Shown here piece after piece: positions 29,507 to 38,965 of a stretch of DNA of 64,000 nt. The notes under the pieces are model-generated. The model worked only from the letters and a program-made list of their open reading frames with translations. It was not told the DNA's origin and ran no database searches. Location of the stretch: positions 64,001-128,000 of the forward strand of contig BTVY01000003.1 in assembly GCA_045863335.1 (NCBI GenBank). Direction: 5' to 3'. The stretch comes from Candidatus Hydrogenedentota bacterium. Its GTDB lineage: Bacteria; Hydrogenedentota; Hydrogenedentia; Hydrogenedentales; SLHB01. Each line of letters starts with the position of its first letter. Positions within the stretch are counted from its first letter, which is position 1. A program made the translations under genes and the position numbers.

Positions 29507-31845
29507 TATTGCCCCGTTTCACCCAATCGTTCTTTGGCTTTGGCGGCCTGTTCGCTGTCAGGGTAATCGCTGATAATCTCCCGATACGCAGATCGCGCCT
29601 GGTCCATCATCTCCAACTTCTCAAAGCATTGCCCCGAGCGCCACAGCGCTTCCGGGGACAACTCCGGGTGAAGGAACAGGATGGCGACTTGCATGTAACT
29701 GCGGGCCGCGCCATCGCAATCGCCGCGTTCCTCGTAGATCTCTCCGAGATGAAATCGCGCGCGCGCCGCGGTGTCGCCGGTATTCGTGTTAGCGACCGCT
29801 TCATACAGCGCGATGGCCTTGTCGACTTCTTTGCGGGCTTCCTGAAGTTCCGCCATCTGGAACCGCGCCTGTTGCGCCGCGCTGGATTGCGGCGCGGATT
29901 CCACGACGCCGTTGTACAAGTCAATGGCCCGTCCGGCGTCGCCCGCCTGTTGCGCGCACTCCGCGATCTTCAGCCGAATCCGCTCCGGGTTGGGGTAATC
30001 GGGAAAGGCTGTCAGCATCGCATCAAACGTTTTCTCAGCGCGTTCCCAATTACCTTGATCGTACGCGTGCTGCCCCAGCCAGAGGTAGGCTTGTTCATTC
30101 AGTCTCGTATCTGGAAACTCGGTAATCACCTTGAAGAAGGCGTCCGAGGCGCCATCGAAGTCCTTCGTGTCCAGTCGTGCCAAGGCGAGACCGCGAAGCG
30201 TCCGGCCCGCATAGGGGCTTCCAGGATCCACATCCAGGCCACGTTGATACGCTTCGATGGCACGAACCGGATCGGCCCCGGCATCCCGCCAGTAGTCGCC
30301 AATCCGCAGATGGGCTTCGGCCTTGCGCGGGGTCTCCGGGAACTTCTCGAGCAACCGCTGGTACGTTTCCGCGCAGGACTTGTAATCCTGGACATTGAAA
30401 TAGGCGTAGGCCAGCCGGTAGAGCGCATTCTCTTCGGTGGCGGGATCGGGGCTCCCCTCGAGAATACGCTGATACTCCGCGATCGCGTCGCGGAAGTTTG
30501 CGGCGAAGAAATTTGCGTCGCCCATGCGGATGACGGCTTCCTCCGCCAGCGGGTTATCAGGATACTTCTCCACGAACGCGGCGAAGACCTTCGCGGCCTC
30601 GTCCACGCGGCTCATCTGGGCCAGCGCTTCGCCCATCTTATACAAGGCTTCCGGCGCGAACTCGCTGTCCACGTACTTCTCCGCGACCAGACGGAACTCT
30701 TCGTACGCGTCCTCCCAGTTGCCTTCGGATGCCAAAATGGTCCCCCGAAGAAAGGCGGCGTCGCCAATGAGCGAGGCGTCGGTATAGGTTTCCAGAAAAC
30801 GCGAGACCTCGTTCTTCGCGCCTTCCGTGTCGCCCTTCAAGTAAAAGGCCCAGGCGACCTTGTATTGCGAGCGTGCCGCAAACTGCGATTCCGGATGAGC
30901 TTCCTGAATCGCGCGGTAGGCCGCGATGGCGTCGTCGTACTGCTTGAGTTGCTGCTGGCAATTGGCCCGGAGGTATTTGATACCCGGTACGTACTCGGAT
31001 TCCGGATACCTCTTGAGGAAGTCCGTTGCGGCGCCCATGGACCCCTCGTAGTTTCCCGCGCGGTACAACGCCCACGCGTACCCATAGAAGCCGCGCTCTG
31101 CGTATTTAGACTCCGGAAACTCGTCAACCAATTGGCGGTAGGCGGTCTGCGCGGCGTCGTGCCAGCCGATGCGATCGTAAGTTTCCGCGGCTTGAAAGCG
31201 GCTTTCGATGCGGAGCGTCTCGTCCACTTGCGAGTCCGCGACGGCAGCGAACTCGATAGCGGCGTTTTCAAAGTCGTTTCGGCCCGCGTGGACCAAGGCC
31301 AATTGATACCGCGCGTAGGGTACAAGCGGGCTTTCGGGAATCCCCTCGATCAGTTTCTGAAAACTCCCGAGCGCCGCGTCGTACTGTTGCTGATCCGATT
31401 GCAGTTTTCCCAGGTAGTACAAAGCCCCGGCGCGAATCGCCGTCGGGGACGATTCATCGACGAGCGATTGCAATGCTTCCGCGGCTTCTTGGTTGCGTCC
31501 CAGCCGGTACAACACTTCGCCGCGCCGCATGCGCACACGCCCCAGCGTCTCCGCGTCCAAACCGGCGGTCACCGCGCGGTCCAGCGCTTCCAAAGCAGCC
31601 TGATAATTGCCCGAGCTGTATTCGCTCTCGGCGAGTCGGTATAGCGCTTCTTTAACATGCGGTCCGTCCGGGAACTTCTCGATATACTCCCGGTACGCCT
31701 CAGCGGCCCATTGGAAATTGCCGCGCAGGAAGTAGCCATCGGCGAGATCGATCTGACCCTGATCGGGCGATTCGGCGAGGGCGCCGAATGACGCAGCTAC
31801 AGCGACGCCGATCATCAACACACGCCATGTGCGAAGGGTCTTCAC
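29506..31845 (-). CDS. Periplasmic multi-TPR protein (CpoB/BamD-like repeats)
   Basis: Signal peptide; repeated Y..l..kyP.s..a..A.y..g units. Confidence 0.9.
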   Translation of the reverse strand: MKTLRTWRVLMIGVAVAASFGALAESPDQGQIDLADGYFLRGNFQWAAEAYREYIEKFPDGPHVKEALYRLAESEYSSGNYQAALEALDRAVTAGLDAETLGRVRMRRGEVLYRLGRNQEAAEALQSLVDESSPTAIRAGALYYLGKLQSDQQQYDAALGSFQKLIEGIPESPLVPYARYQLALVHAGRNDFENAAIEFAAVADSQVDETLRIESRFQAAETYDRIGWHDAAQTAYRQLVDEFPESKYAERGFYGYAWALYRAGNYEGSMGAATDFLKRYPESEYVPGIKYLRANCQQQLKQYDDAIAAYRAIQEAHPESQFAARSQYKVAWAFYLKGDTEGAKNEVSRFLETYTDASLIGDAAFLRGTILASEGNWEDAYEEFRLVAEKYVDSEFAPEALYKMGEALAQMSRVDEAAKVFAAFVEKYPDNPLAEEAVIRMGDANFFAANFRDAIAEYQRILEGSPDPATEENALYRLAYAYFNVQDYKSCAETYQRLLEKFPETPRKAEAHLRIGDYWRDAGADPVRAIEAYQRGLDVDPGSPYAGRTLRGLALARLDTKDFDGASDAFFKVITEFPDTRLNEQAYLWLGQHAYDQGNWERAEKTFDAMLTAFPDYPNPERIRLKIAECAQQAGDAGRAIDLYNGVVESAPQSSAAQQARFQMAELQEARKEVDKAIALYEAVANTNTGDTAARARFHLGEIYEERGDCDGAARSYMQVAILFLHPELSPEALWRSGQCFEKLEMMDQARSAYREIISDYPDSEQAAKAKERLGETGQ

Positions 31846-31846
31846 G

Positions 31847-32275
31847 TTATCGCGCTCCCTCGATCTCTTCCGTCAACGCGGCGAACGACACGTTCTGGAT
31901 GTCCGCGTTTCGGCAACAGTTGAGAATCGCGATAGCCCGGCCCAGGTTGGCGTCCCTGTCGCCGCGTACAATCACGGCGCCGCCGGGGAAGTTCTCGGCG
32001 ACGCGATTTAAGACGTCCTGAAGCTCGGGGATGCTCAACTCGCGGTTGTTCAACACGATCTGTCCGTCGTTACGCAGATTGATGATGATCTCACCGCGGG
32101 TGCGTTCGCTCGTAACCGCCGAACTCGCCGTGGGCAACGCGATGTCGATCTCGCTTTCCAGCGAGGTGTACACGGCCGTCGTCATGAAGAACACCAGGGT
32201 GAGAAACACGATGTCGATGAGCGGCGCGAGTTGGATTGTGTCCTCGGATTCGTGTGCGGGTTTGCCGAACTTCAT
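31847..32275 (-). CDS. exbD: ExbD/TolR biopolymer transporter
   Basis: LAPLIDIVFLTLVFFM, IALP, VIVRGDR; start ATG 32275 overlapping the exbB stop. Confidence 0.9.
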   Translation of the reverse strand: MKFGKPAHESEDTIQLAPLIDIVFLTLVFFMTTAVYTSLESEIDIALPTASSAVTSERTRGEIIINLRNDGQIVLNNRELSIPELQDVLNRVAENFPGGAVIVRGDRDANLGRAIAILNCCRNADIQNVSFAALTEEIEGAR

Positions 32276-33072
32276 CGTCCCGCGCCTCCCGCGAGCAGTT
32301 CGATGAACTCGGTCGCCTGCGCTTCCACTTCGGCCACAATCTTCACGACCCGCCCGCGCAGGTAGTAGTACATCACCATGCACGGAATCGCGAGCATCAG
32401 TCCTGCCGCCGTGGTGATCATCGCCTGCGCCACGTTGTAGGCCATCACCAGGCTGCGCGCTTCGGAATCGTTCAACGCCATCGCGCTGAAGGCGCCAATC
32501 ATGCCCCAGACCGTGCCGAGCAGACCCAGCAGGGGAGCGATCGTGCCAATGTTGTTCAGATAGGAAATCTTCTGCCACAACGCCGCGGAACCGCGTTCGC
32601 CCTCGCTCTCCATGGCTTCCTGAATGACGTAACGGTCATGGCCGTGCATCTTCAGTCCGGCGCGCAGGACGTTCGCGATCAGCTCGTCCCGGTCCTCGCA
32701 CATCTGGTAAGCCCCACGCAGGTCGCCTGCGCGAATTTGGTTGTGGGCGCGTTTGATGAATTGGGCCGGCACCTCGCGCCGCGGTGTCACCGTGAGGAAA
32801 CAGTAAATCGCCATGATGGCGGCTACGACGCTAAGTCCCACGATGATTGCCAGGATCAACCCGCCTTCCCGCAGCATGTCCCATAAGGTGAGCTGTTTGA
32901 GTTCGTCGGGTCGCGAATCTGCCGCAACTTCGGCGGCTGTCTCCGCTTCCCCGCTTGCCGATTGCGCCGATGCATCCGCCGTGTCAGTGGGAGTGTCTTG
33001 AGCGATTACCACCCCTGTCATCACCAGCAAGACCAGCAAGATGCACGCCCCGAACTTAGCAGGCAAGGTCAT
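32272..33072 (-). CDS. exbB: MotA/TolQ/ExbB proton channel protein
   Basis: IAPLLGLLGTVWGMI, AMITTAAGLMLAIP. Confidence 0.9.
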   Translation of the reverse strand: MTLPAKFGACILLVLLVMTGVVIAQDTPTDTADASAQSASGEAETAAEVAADSRPDELKQLTLWDMLREGGLILAIIVGLSVVAAIMAIYCFLTVTPRREVPAQFIKRAHNQIRAGDLRGAYQMCEDRDELIANVLRAGLKMHGHDRYVIQEAMESEGERGSAALWQKISYLNNIGTIAPLLGLLGTVWGMIGAFSAMALNDSEARSLVMAYNVAQAMITTAAGLMLAIPCMVMYYYLRGRVVKIVAEVEAQATEFIELLAGGAGR

Positions 33073-33289
33073 TTTCGGTATCTCCCATTCTTGACGGATA
33101 CGCTGTGGGTTTATGTTTGCCGCTCATAAGGTTAATTAGAGATTACACGAGACGCAAATCGGTCGCCGAAAACAGTTAACAGTATTATGCCGGGAGTGGT
33201 TGCAAAGTTGCAATTCGGCCTTTCGCAATGGGTTAGGAAGAGAGATTTTCGCCAACGTAATCTTTAATTGACGTGGACTAGGTCTACGA

Positions 33290-34426
33290 TTAGGGCATAA
33301 CCGCCGCCGGGCTTCCAACAAGCTCACCGTAGAGAGCCTCATACTGGCCGATGATCGCCGCTTCGGAAAAGCATTGCACCGCCCGTTCTCGACCCCTTCG
33401 ACCCATTTCGCGCGCCCAGTTTGGGTCAGTGAGAATCTCGATGGCGCGCACCGCCATCGATTCCGTGTCGCCAACTTCACAGAGGTACCCGGTAATCCCA
33501 TTCTCAACCACTTCGCGGACACCTCCGCTGTCGGTTCCGATTACCGGCACTTCGCAGGCCATGGCCTCCAGAGGAACCAACCCGAAGCTTTCATGCTCGC
33601 TGGGTTGCATGATGAGGTCCGCGCAGGGGATGAGGGATTCGATGGCCTCGTGGTTGCCCAGGTACTTTACGCGGTCGGTGAGCCCGAGTTGTTTGGCGAC
33701 CCCAACCGCGGACATGCGTTCGGGGCCGTCGCCGACCATAATCAGCCGTGCCGGAACCTGGTCGCTGATTTTCTTGAAGGCCCGGATCACATCCGTAACA
33801 CGTTTCACCGGCCGGAAGTTGGAGATGTGCATCACAATCTTCTCGTCCTTCTCGGCCAGCTTACAGCGCTCGGCGGGAGACGCATTAAACTTGTCCATGT
33901 TCAGGAAGTTGTAGATCGTCCGTACCGGCTTGGACAATGCGAACTCGCGTTCGGTCTCCTCGCTGAGCCAATGAGATACCGCCGTGACGGCGTCGCTGCT
34001 TTCCATGCCGTACTTGGTAATGCGAAAGAACGACGGGTCGGAACCTACGAGGGTGATGTCGGTCCCGTGTAGAGTGGTTACGAGTTTGAATCGCTTCTCC
34101 GGCGGGAGCATGTCGCGCGCGAGGATGGCGCACACGGCGTGGGGGATCGCATAGTGCGCATGCCACAGCTCGATGTTGTGCTCCAGCGCCACCTCGGAGA
34201 TCTTCGTGGCGAGCGCCAGGGAGTAGGGCGGATTGCGGAATAACGGATACGATACGATATCCACCGAGTGCGCGAAGATGTTGTCGTGAAACCCCTGCAA
34301 CCGGAATGGCGATTCATACGTCACGAAATGAACGGTATGCCCCCGTTCCGCAAGGGCGATTCCCAGCTCGGTCGCGAGGATTCCGCTGCCACCGGCGGAC
34401 GCATGGCAGGTTATGCCGATTCGCAT
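33290..34426 (-). CDS. bshA: N-acetyl-alpha-D-glucosaminyl L-malate synthase
   Basis: MRIGITC..S.GGSGILATELG, HAHYAIPHA, TTLHGTDITLVG, SNFRPVKR, ESFGL. Confidence 0.93.
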   Translation of the reverse strand: MRIGITCHASAGGSGILATELGIALAERGHTVHFVTYESPFRLQGFHDNIFAHSVDIVSYPLFRNPPYSLALATKISEVALEHNIELWHAHYAIPHAVCAILARDMLPPEKRFKLVTTLHGTDITLVGSDPSFFRITKYGMESSDAVTAVSHWLSEETEREFALSKPVRTIYNFLNMDKFNASPAERCKLAEKDEKIVMHISNFRPVKRVTDVIRAFKKISDQVPARLIMVGDGPERMSAVGVAKQLGLTDRVKYLGNHEAIESLIPCADLIMQPSEHESFGLVPLEAMACEVPVIGTDSGGVREVVENGITGYLCEVGDTESMAVRAIEILTDPNWAREMGRRGRERAVQCFSEAAIIGQYEALYGELVGSPAAVMP

Positions 34427-35145
34427 GGCGATCCTTCCAGACCCGGCGGCAATGCAGCCCGGATCGGTTCCCGCGTGTAGAGGGGCTCCCCGTAGGTTAC
34501 GCCGATTTGGTTACCCCAATACAACGCGCGCGTGTGAATGAAGGTCCAGAACGCCTCCGACGATACATAGGTCGCGGTACCCGCGTATTCCGGATTGAAG
34601 AACTGCGTGCGATAGGCGCGCAACGCGGCCATCTTGTCGTCGAATGTCTCCGACACGTCGATCACCAACGAAGGCCGATCAGGGTCGCGATACACGCGGT
34701 AACAATACACCGTGGCCGCGCGATGCGGCTCGTCGCCTTCAATCTTTGACAGTCCGGCTAAGTAGTTGGCGTCCCGCACGAGGTCGTGGGCGGCCCCGTG
34801 ATCGGGATGCCGATCGTAGGCATCGGGGATAAACAACACGCGCGCGCGAAACGACCGTAGCAGCGGAATGAGTGTTTTCTGGAACTCGGTCGAGTTCGTA
34901 AGGCCCCCATCCGGAAGCCCCGCGTTTTCCCGTCGGCTAACGCCGAGGATTCGAGCGGCTTCAGCGGATTCCCCAGCACGCGACTCGACCGTACCGCGCG
35001 ACGCCATCTCTCCGCGGGTGAGATCGAGAATGCCGACACGGTACCCGGCCAACACCATCTTGCGGACCAGACCTCCGATCCCGACTTCCACGTCGTCGGG
35101 ATGCGCGCCGACACACAAGGCGTCTACCTGCTGTGATGCGTTCAT
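34411..35145 (-). CDS. bshB1: Bacillithiol biosynthesis deacetylase
   Basis: GAHPDDVE, DLTRGEM, DRHPDH; adjacent to bshA. Confidence 0.9.
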   Translation of the reverse strand: MNASQQVDALCVGAHPDDVEVGIGGLVRKMVLAGYRVGILDLTRGEMASRGTVESRAGESAEAARILGVSRRENAGLPDGGLTNSTEFQKTLIPLLRSFRARVLFIPDAYDRHPDHGAAHDLVRDANYLAGLSKIEGDEPHRAATVYCYRVYRDPDRPSLVIDVSETFDDKMAALRAYRTQFFNPEYAGTATYVSSEAFWTFIHTRALYWGNQIGVTYGEPLYTREPIRAALPPGLEGSPCESA

Positions 35146-35167
35146 CGTGTACGCGCTCTCCCCAAGG

Positions 35168-36703
35168 TCAAAGTTCTACTTCGTTCATTGAGAATCTTTC
35201 GATATCGAGGTCGTTCATCAACCGGTCGATCAATCCCCATCCCTGCCGGAAAAGAAACGAGAATACCGTGTAGAACCGTTCCTGCGGTTTGCGGCCGGGC
35301 GCGAGGGAATTACACAGGCGATTCAATTGCTGGGTCGTGGCCTGGAGCGCTGACTCGTCTGCCCGCAGGAGCCCGCGTTCGTAGCGATCCAGTTCGAGCC
35401 CGATGCGTTCGCGAAGCTGCCCTGTCATGTCGCCCATGTTCAAGTCGCGCTCCAACCGTTCGAGGGCGCCCTCGATCTCCGTTCGATGCGACCTGAACCG
35501 TTGGACCACCGCGCCGCTGGCGCCCGCGGCGAGCGAGCGCTCGAGCAACGCGTCGCTATCCTGATAGAGATCGTCAATGGTCAATCCGTGCTTGCGCAGC
35601 AGCTTGTTGAGCTTCAGGTCCGTGATGACCGCCCGCGCCCGCGGATAGACCACCGGCATTTGTTTGCCAAAGTGTTTGAAGACGGGTTTCAGTTGCGCCC
35701 AGTAGGCAATTTCCCCCGGACCGGCCACGTAGGCGGCCGCGGGGAAGAGTTGTTGCTGCACGATACATCGCAGGGTCACGTTCGGGCTGAAGCGTTCGGG
35801 TTCTGAACGCAAAACGCCCAGCAGTTCCGATTCGGAAAACTCCTGATTCGCCTCCGGCACGGTGAAATGGCCATCCTCGTATGCAACCTTGCGCCGTTTG
35901 CCATCGACCTCGAGAAAGAAGTTGCACGAGTTGCTGTCTTTGACGACCTGTACTTCGTAGCCCATGGCCCCGAGGCGGGCGCCGGTGTCGTTGAGGATGC
36001 GCGTGTCTTCCAAGGGATTCGCGATGGCCGTCTCCATAACAGGAATGGCCAGGGAACGGGCCACCGGCAGTTCCGGCGTGAAGAGGACAAGCGGCGTGTT
36101 CCGAAACAACCGCGCCAGGATTCGGACCGACCAATCGGCCAGTGAGGACGACACGTCCAGAGACTCGTGCAAAAAAGCCTGCACTTCGTCCCGGTGTTCC
36201 GAACCCGCGGCCGCGTCGGCGGCGCGGTCGATTAGATGCTTCAGCGACGGTTCCAGAGGCACGCGGTACATGGGAAGTCCCGCCACGTCGGCCCCGGGTT
36301 GGTACCGCAAAGTGACCGGTTCGTGAAGCTTGGAGAGTACGTGGGTGATGGAAGCTTCTTCGAAATCGTGATCTTCGCTCCCGACCCAGAACACGGGAAC
36401 GTATCGGGTGCCGTGCTTTTCGGTGAGGGACTCTGCAAGCTTGACCGTCGTTACAGCCTTATAGATCGTGTAGAGCGGTCCGCTGAGTAGTCCCGGCTGC
36501 TGGCCGGTCACGATAACCGGCTCGTCGCCCTGGAAGTTGGCGTTGCTGCCGACTTCCCCTTGGTACGCGCGCAATCTCTCCACCAGGGTCGGGTCCCAAG
36601 CCATGCGTGCTGCGGGTTGTTCAAACAACGCCCCAGGCCGGCCCGCGTAGAAGCGGAGCAAGTCTTCGGATTCCTGGATATAGTCCGTTGCGATATCCGT
36701 CAC
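35168..36703 (-). CDS. bshC: Bacillithiol cysteine-adding enzyme
   Basis: VTGQQPGLLSGPLYTIYKA, VPVFW..SEDHDFEE, FSPNV.LR, GPGEIAYWAQ, PQER. Confidence 0.93.
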   Translation of the reverse strand: MTDIATDYIQESEDLLRFYAGRPGALFEQPAARMAWDPTLVERLRAYQGEVGSNANFQGDEPVIVTGQQPGLLSGPLYTIYKAVTTVKLAESLTEKHGTRYVPVFWVGSEDHDFEEASITHVLSKLHEPVTLRYQPGADVAGLPMYRVPLEPSLKHLIDRAADAAAGSEHRDEVQAFLHESLDVSSSLADWSVRILARLFRNTPLVLFTPELPVARSLAIPVMETAIANPLEDTRILNDTGARLGAMGYEVQVVKDSNSCNFFLEVDGKRRKVAYEDGHFTVPEANQEFSESELLGVLRSEPERFSPNVTLRCIVQQQLFPAAAYVAGPGEIAYWAQLKPVFKHFGKQMPVVYPRARAVITDLKLNKLLRKHGLTIDDLYQDSDALLERSLAAGASGAVVQRFRSHRTEIEGALERLERDLNMGDMTGQLRERIGLELDRYERGLLRADESALQATTQQLNRLCNSLAPGRKPQERFYTVFSFLFRQGWGLIDRLMNDLDIERFSMNEVEL

Positions 36704-36706
36704 GCG

Positions 36707-37459
36707 CTATTCCTTATGTCCGGCAACCAGGATTCGAGGGCTTGCATCGGTGTGCAAATTTCCCGTGTGATCGCCGTAGACATGGTCGACTCGCAGTCCG
36801 CATTTCCCCAATAGGTCTTGCAGTTCGCACCGCCCGTACAGGCGCACAGACTCCTCACTCCGGTGAACTTTCACCCCGTCTCGAAACACGTGGGTAGTCT
36901 TGTTTATTCGGGAGCGCTCTTCGTCAATCCACCGGCGCTCCTGAATTTCATAGTCGCCCTGCGTTCGGGCGCTGGCCGGCACCAGCGTCGCGCGCAAATG
37001 CGTAGGGTTCGCGTGATCCAAAAAGAAGCGCCCGTCTCTCCGAAGCACCCGGGCAATTTCTTGAAGAACCAGCGCGTTCTCGTGTTCGTCGTCAAAGTAC
37101 CCGAAACTCGTGAAGAAGCTCGTGACCACATCGAATGTATTCGCGAACGGGATCTGCCTCATGTCTGCTCGCACGAGAGATGCTGCGGAACCCAGGGTGG
37201 CCCGTGCCCGGGTGAGCAGCGCGGGGGAGTAGTCCAATCCAAAGGTACAGTTTGAAATCCGCGCCATGTGGTAGAGATGACGGCCGGTGCCGCAGCACAA
37301 GTCGAGCACCCGATCTTCCCGGGTCACCGAAAGGACCGAAGCTGCGAACGCGACTTCGGGTTGGGCAGCTTCGATCGTCCGGTGCGCATAGACGATTTCG
37401 TAGTAGTCCCCAAAGGCGTCCTCATACCAGGTCGGTGATATATGATGGGGAACGTCCAT
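36707..37459 (-). CDS. Class I SAM methyltransferase (candidate NmbA-like)
   Basis: WYEDAFGDYYEIVYAHR, VLDLCCGTGRH, FTSFGYF, EESVRLY; 3 nt from bshC. Confidence 0.85.
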   Translation of the reverse strand: MDVPHHISPTWYEDAFGDYYEIVYAHRTIEAAQPEVAFAASVLSVTREDRVLDLCCGTGRHLYHMARISNCTFGLDYSPALLTRARATLGSAASLVRADMRQIPFANTFDVVTSFFTSFGYFDDEHENALVLQEIARVLRRDGRFFLDHANPTHLRATLVPASARTQGDYEIQERRWIDEERSRINKTTHVFRDGVKVHRSEESVRLYGRCELQDLLGKCGLRVDHVYGDHTGNLHTDASPRILVAGHKE

Positions 37460-37465
37460 GGAGGA

Positions 37466-38923
37466 TCATGCTTGCACGGCGCGCGACTCGTTCTCGCCGA
37501 CGCGGTGCAGGTGGAGCAGATTGGTTCGGCCGCCCACCCCGAGCGGTGTGCCGGCCACGGTGACGATCGGATCGCCTGGCTGAGCCAGGTTCTTTTCGAG
37601 AACAATGCGGTCGATTACGTGAACCATGTCGTCCATACTCTCCACGACAGCCGATTGGACCGCGTCCACCCCCCAGATGAGCGCACACAGGCGGCGCGTC
37701 TCTTCGCTGAGCGTGATCGCCGTGATGGGAATGCGTGGACGGTATCTCGCGATCGTTTCCGCCGAGTATCCCGATTGCGTCAACACTACGATGTGGCGCA
37801 GATCCGTCACCTGTGTCATCCGGACCACGGCTTGTCCAATGGCATCCTTGAAGGATGCCTGCCGCTTGCCGCTGGAGAAGCGCTCTTGCGCCGGACGGTC
37901 AGGGGAAGTGGCAAGCGCTTCGTCGGCGCTCTCCGCGATCCTGGCCATGACCTGTACCGCTTCGACCGGGTACTTGCCGTTTGCCGTTTCGCCGGACAGC
38001 ATCACCGCGTCGGTACCGTCGTAGATGGCGTTGGCCACGTCATTCGCTTCCGCGCGCGTAGGGCGGGGGCTCGAGATCATGGACTCCAGCATCTGCGTCG
38101 CAGTAATTACGGGGATTCCACGATCGACGCACATGCGAATCAGTGACTTTTGAATTTGCGGTACGCGGTGCAATTCGACCTCAACGCCGAGATCGCCGCG
38201 TGCCACCATGATCCCGTCCGCCTCGTCCATGATCTCGTCGAAGCACGTCAAGGCTTCCGGGCGCTCGATCTTCGCAATAACGGGTGTCGTCTTATCCGCT
38301 TCGGCAATCCGTGTTTTTAGCCCGCGCACGTCTTCCGCACTGCGGACGAAGGACAAGGCCACGTAGTCGACGCCGAGATCGAGACCAAACGCGAGATCTT
38401 CGATATCCTTTTCCGTCATGGAGGGCGCGCTCACCGCAATGCCGGGCAAGTTCATGCCTTTGTGTTGCCCCAACATGCCGCCGCGCACCACGCGGCAATA
38501 TACTTCCGTATCCTTGACGTTCTCGACGGCCAACTCCATGGAGCCGTCGGCGATCAGAATTCGGGAATCCTTTCGGACATCCTGCGGCAGATTCTCGTAG
38601 GTCGTCGAGATTCGGCTCGCGTTGCCTTCGATGTCTTGGGTAGTGATGACAATCTTCGCGGAATTGCGAAGTTCCACCGGTTCTCCGTCGCGCAGGCGGC
38701 CGGTGCGGATCTTCGGTCCCTGGAGATCCATGAGAATCGCGATATTGGAGTCCTTGTCCGCGGCTACGCGCCGAAGGGTTTCGAAGACACGACGATGATC
38801 TTCGTGGCTGCCGTGGGAGAAGTTCAGCCGGGCAACGTTCATCCCGGCATCAATGAGGCGCCCGATGGTTTCTGCATCGTTTGAGCTGGGTCCTAGCGTG
38901 CAGACGATTTTCGTTCTTCGCAT
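37466..38923 (-). CDS. pyk: Pyruvate kinase
   Basis: RTKIVCTLGP, RLNFSHG, KIE, MVARGDLGVE, ATQMLESM. Confidence 0.97.
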   Translation of the reverse strand: MRRTKIVCTLGPSSNDAETIGRLIDAGMNVARLNFSHGSHEDHRRVFETLRRVAADKDSNIAILMDLQGPKIRTGRLRDGEPVELRNSAKIVITTQDIEGNASRISTTYENLPQDVRKDSRILIADGSMELAVENVKDTEVYCRVVRGGMLGQHKGMNLPGIAVSAPSMTEKDIEDLAFGLDLGVDYVALSFVRSAEDVRGLKTRIAEADKTTPVIAKIERPEALTCFDEIMDEADGIMVARGDLGVEVELHRVPQIQKSLIRMCVDRGIPVITATQMLESMISSPRPTRAEANDVANAIYDGTDAVMLSGETANGKYPVEAVQVMARIAESADEALATSPDRPAQERFSSGKRQASFKDAIGQAVVRMTQVTDLRHIVVLTQSGYSAETIARYRPRIPITAITLSEETRRLCALIWGVDAVQSAVVESMDDMVHVIDRIVLEKNLAQPGDPIVTVAGTPLGVGGRTNLLHLHRVGENESRAVQA

Positions 38924-38965
38924 GGAACACCCCTATGCGTGCACAAACCGCGCTCGACGAGAACG

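Noticed and set aside
29509-31644. Long antisense ORFs (711 aa here; also 42431-43618, 48323-49591, 53295-54602)
   Set aside because: GC-rich shadow frames opposite well-supported genes
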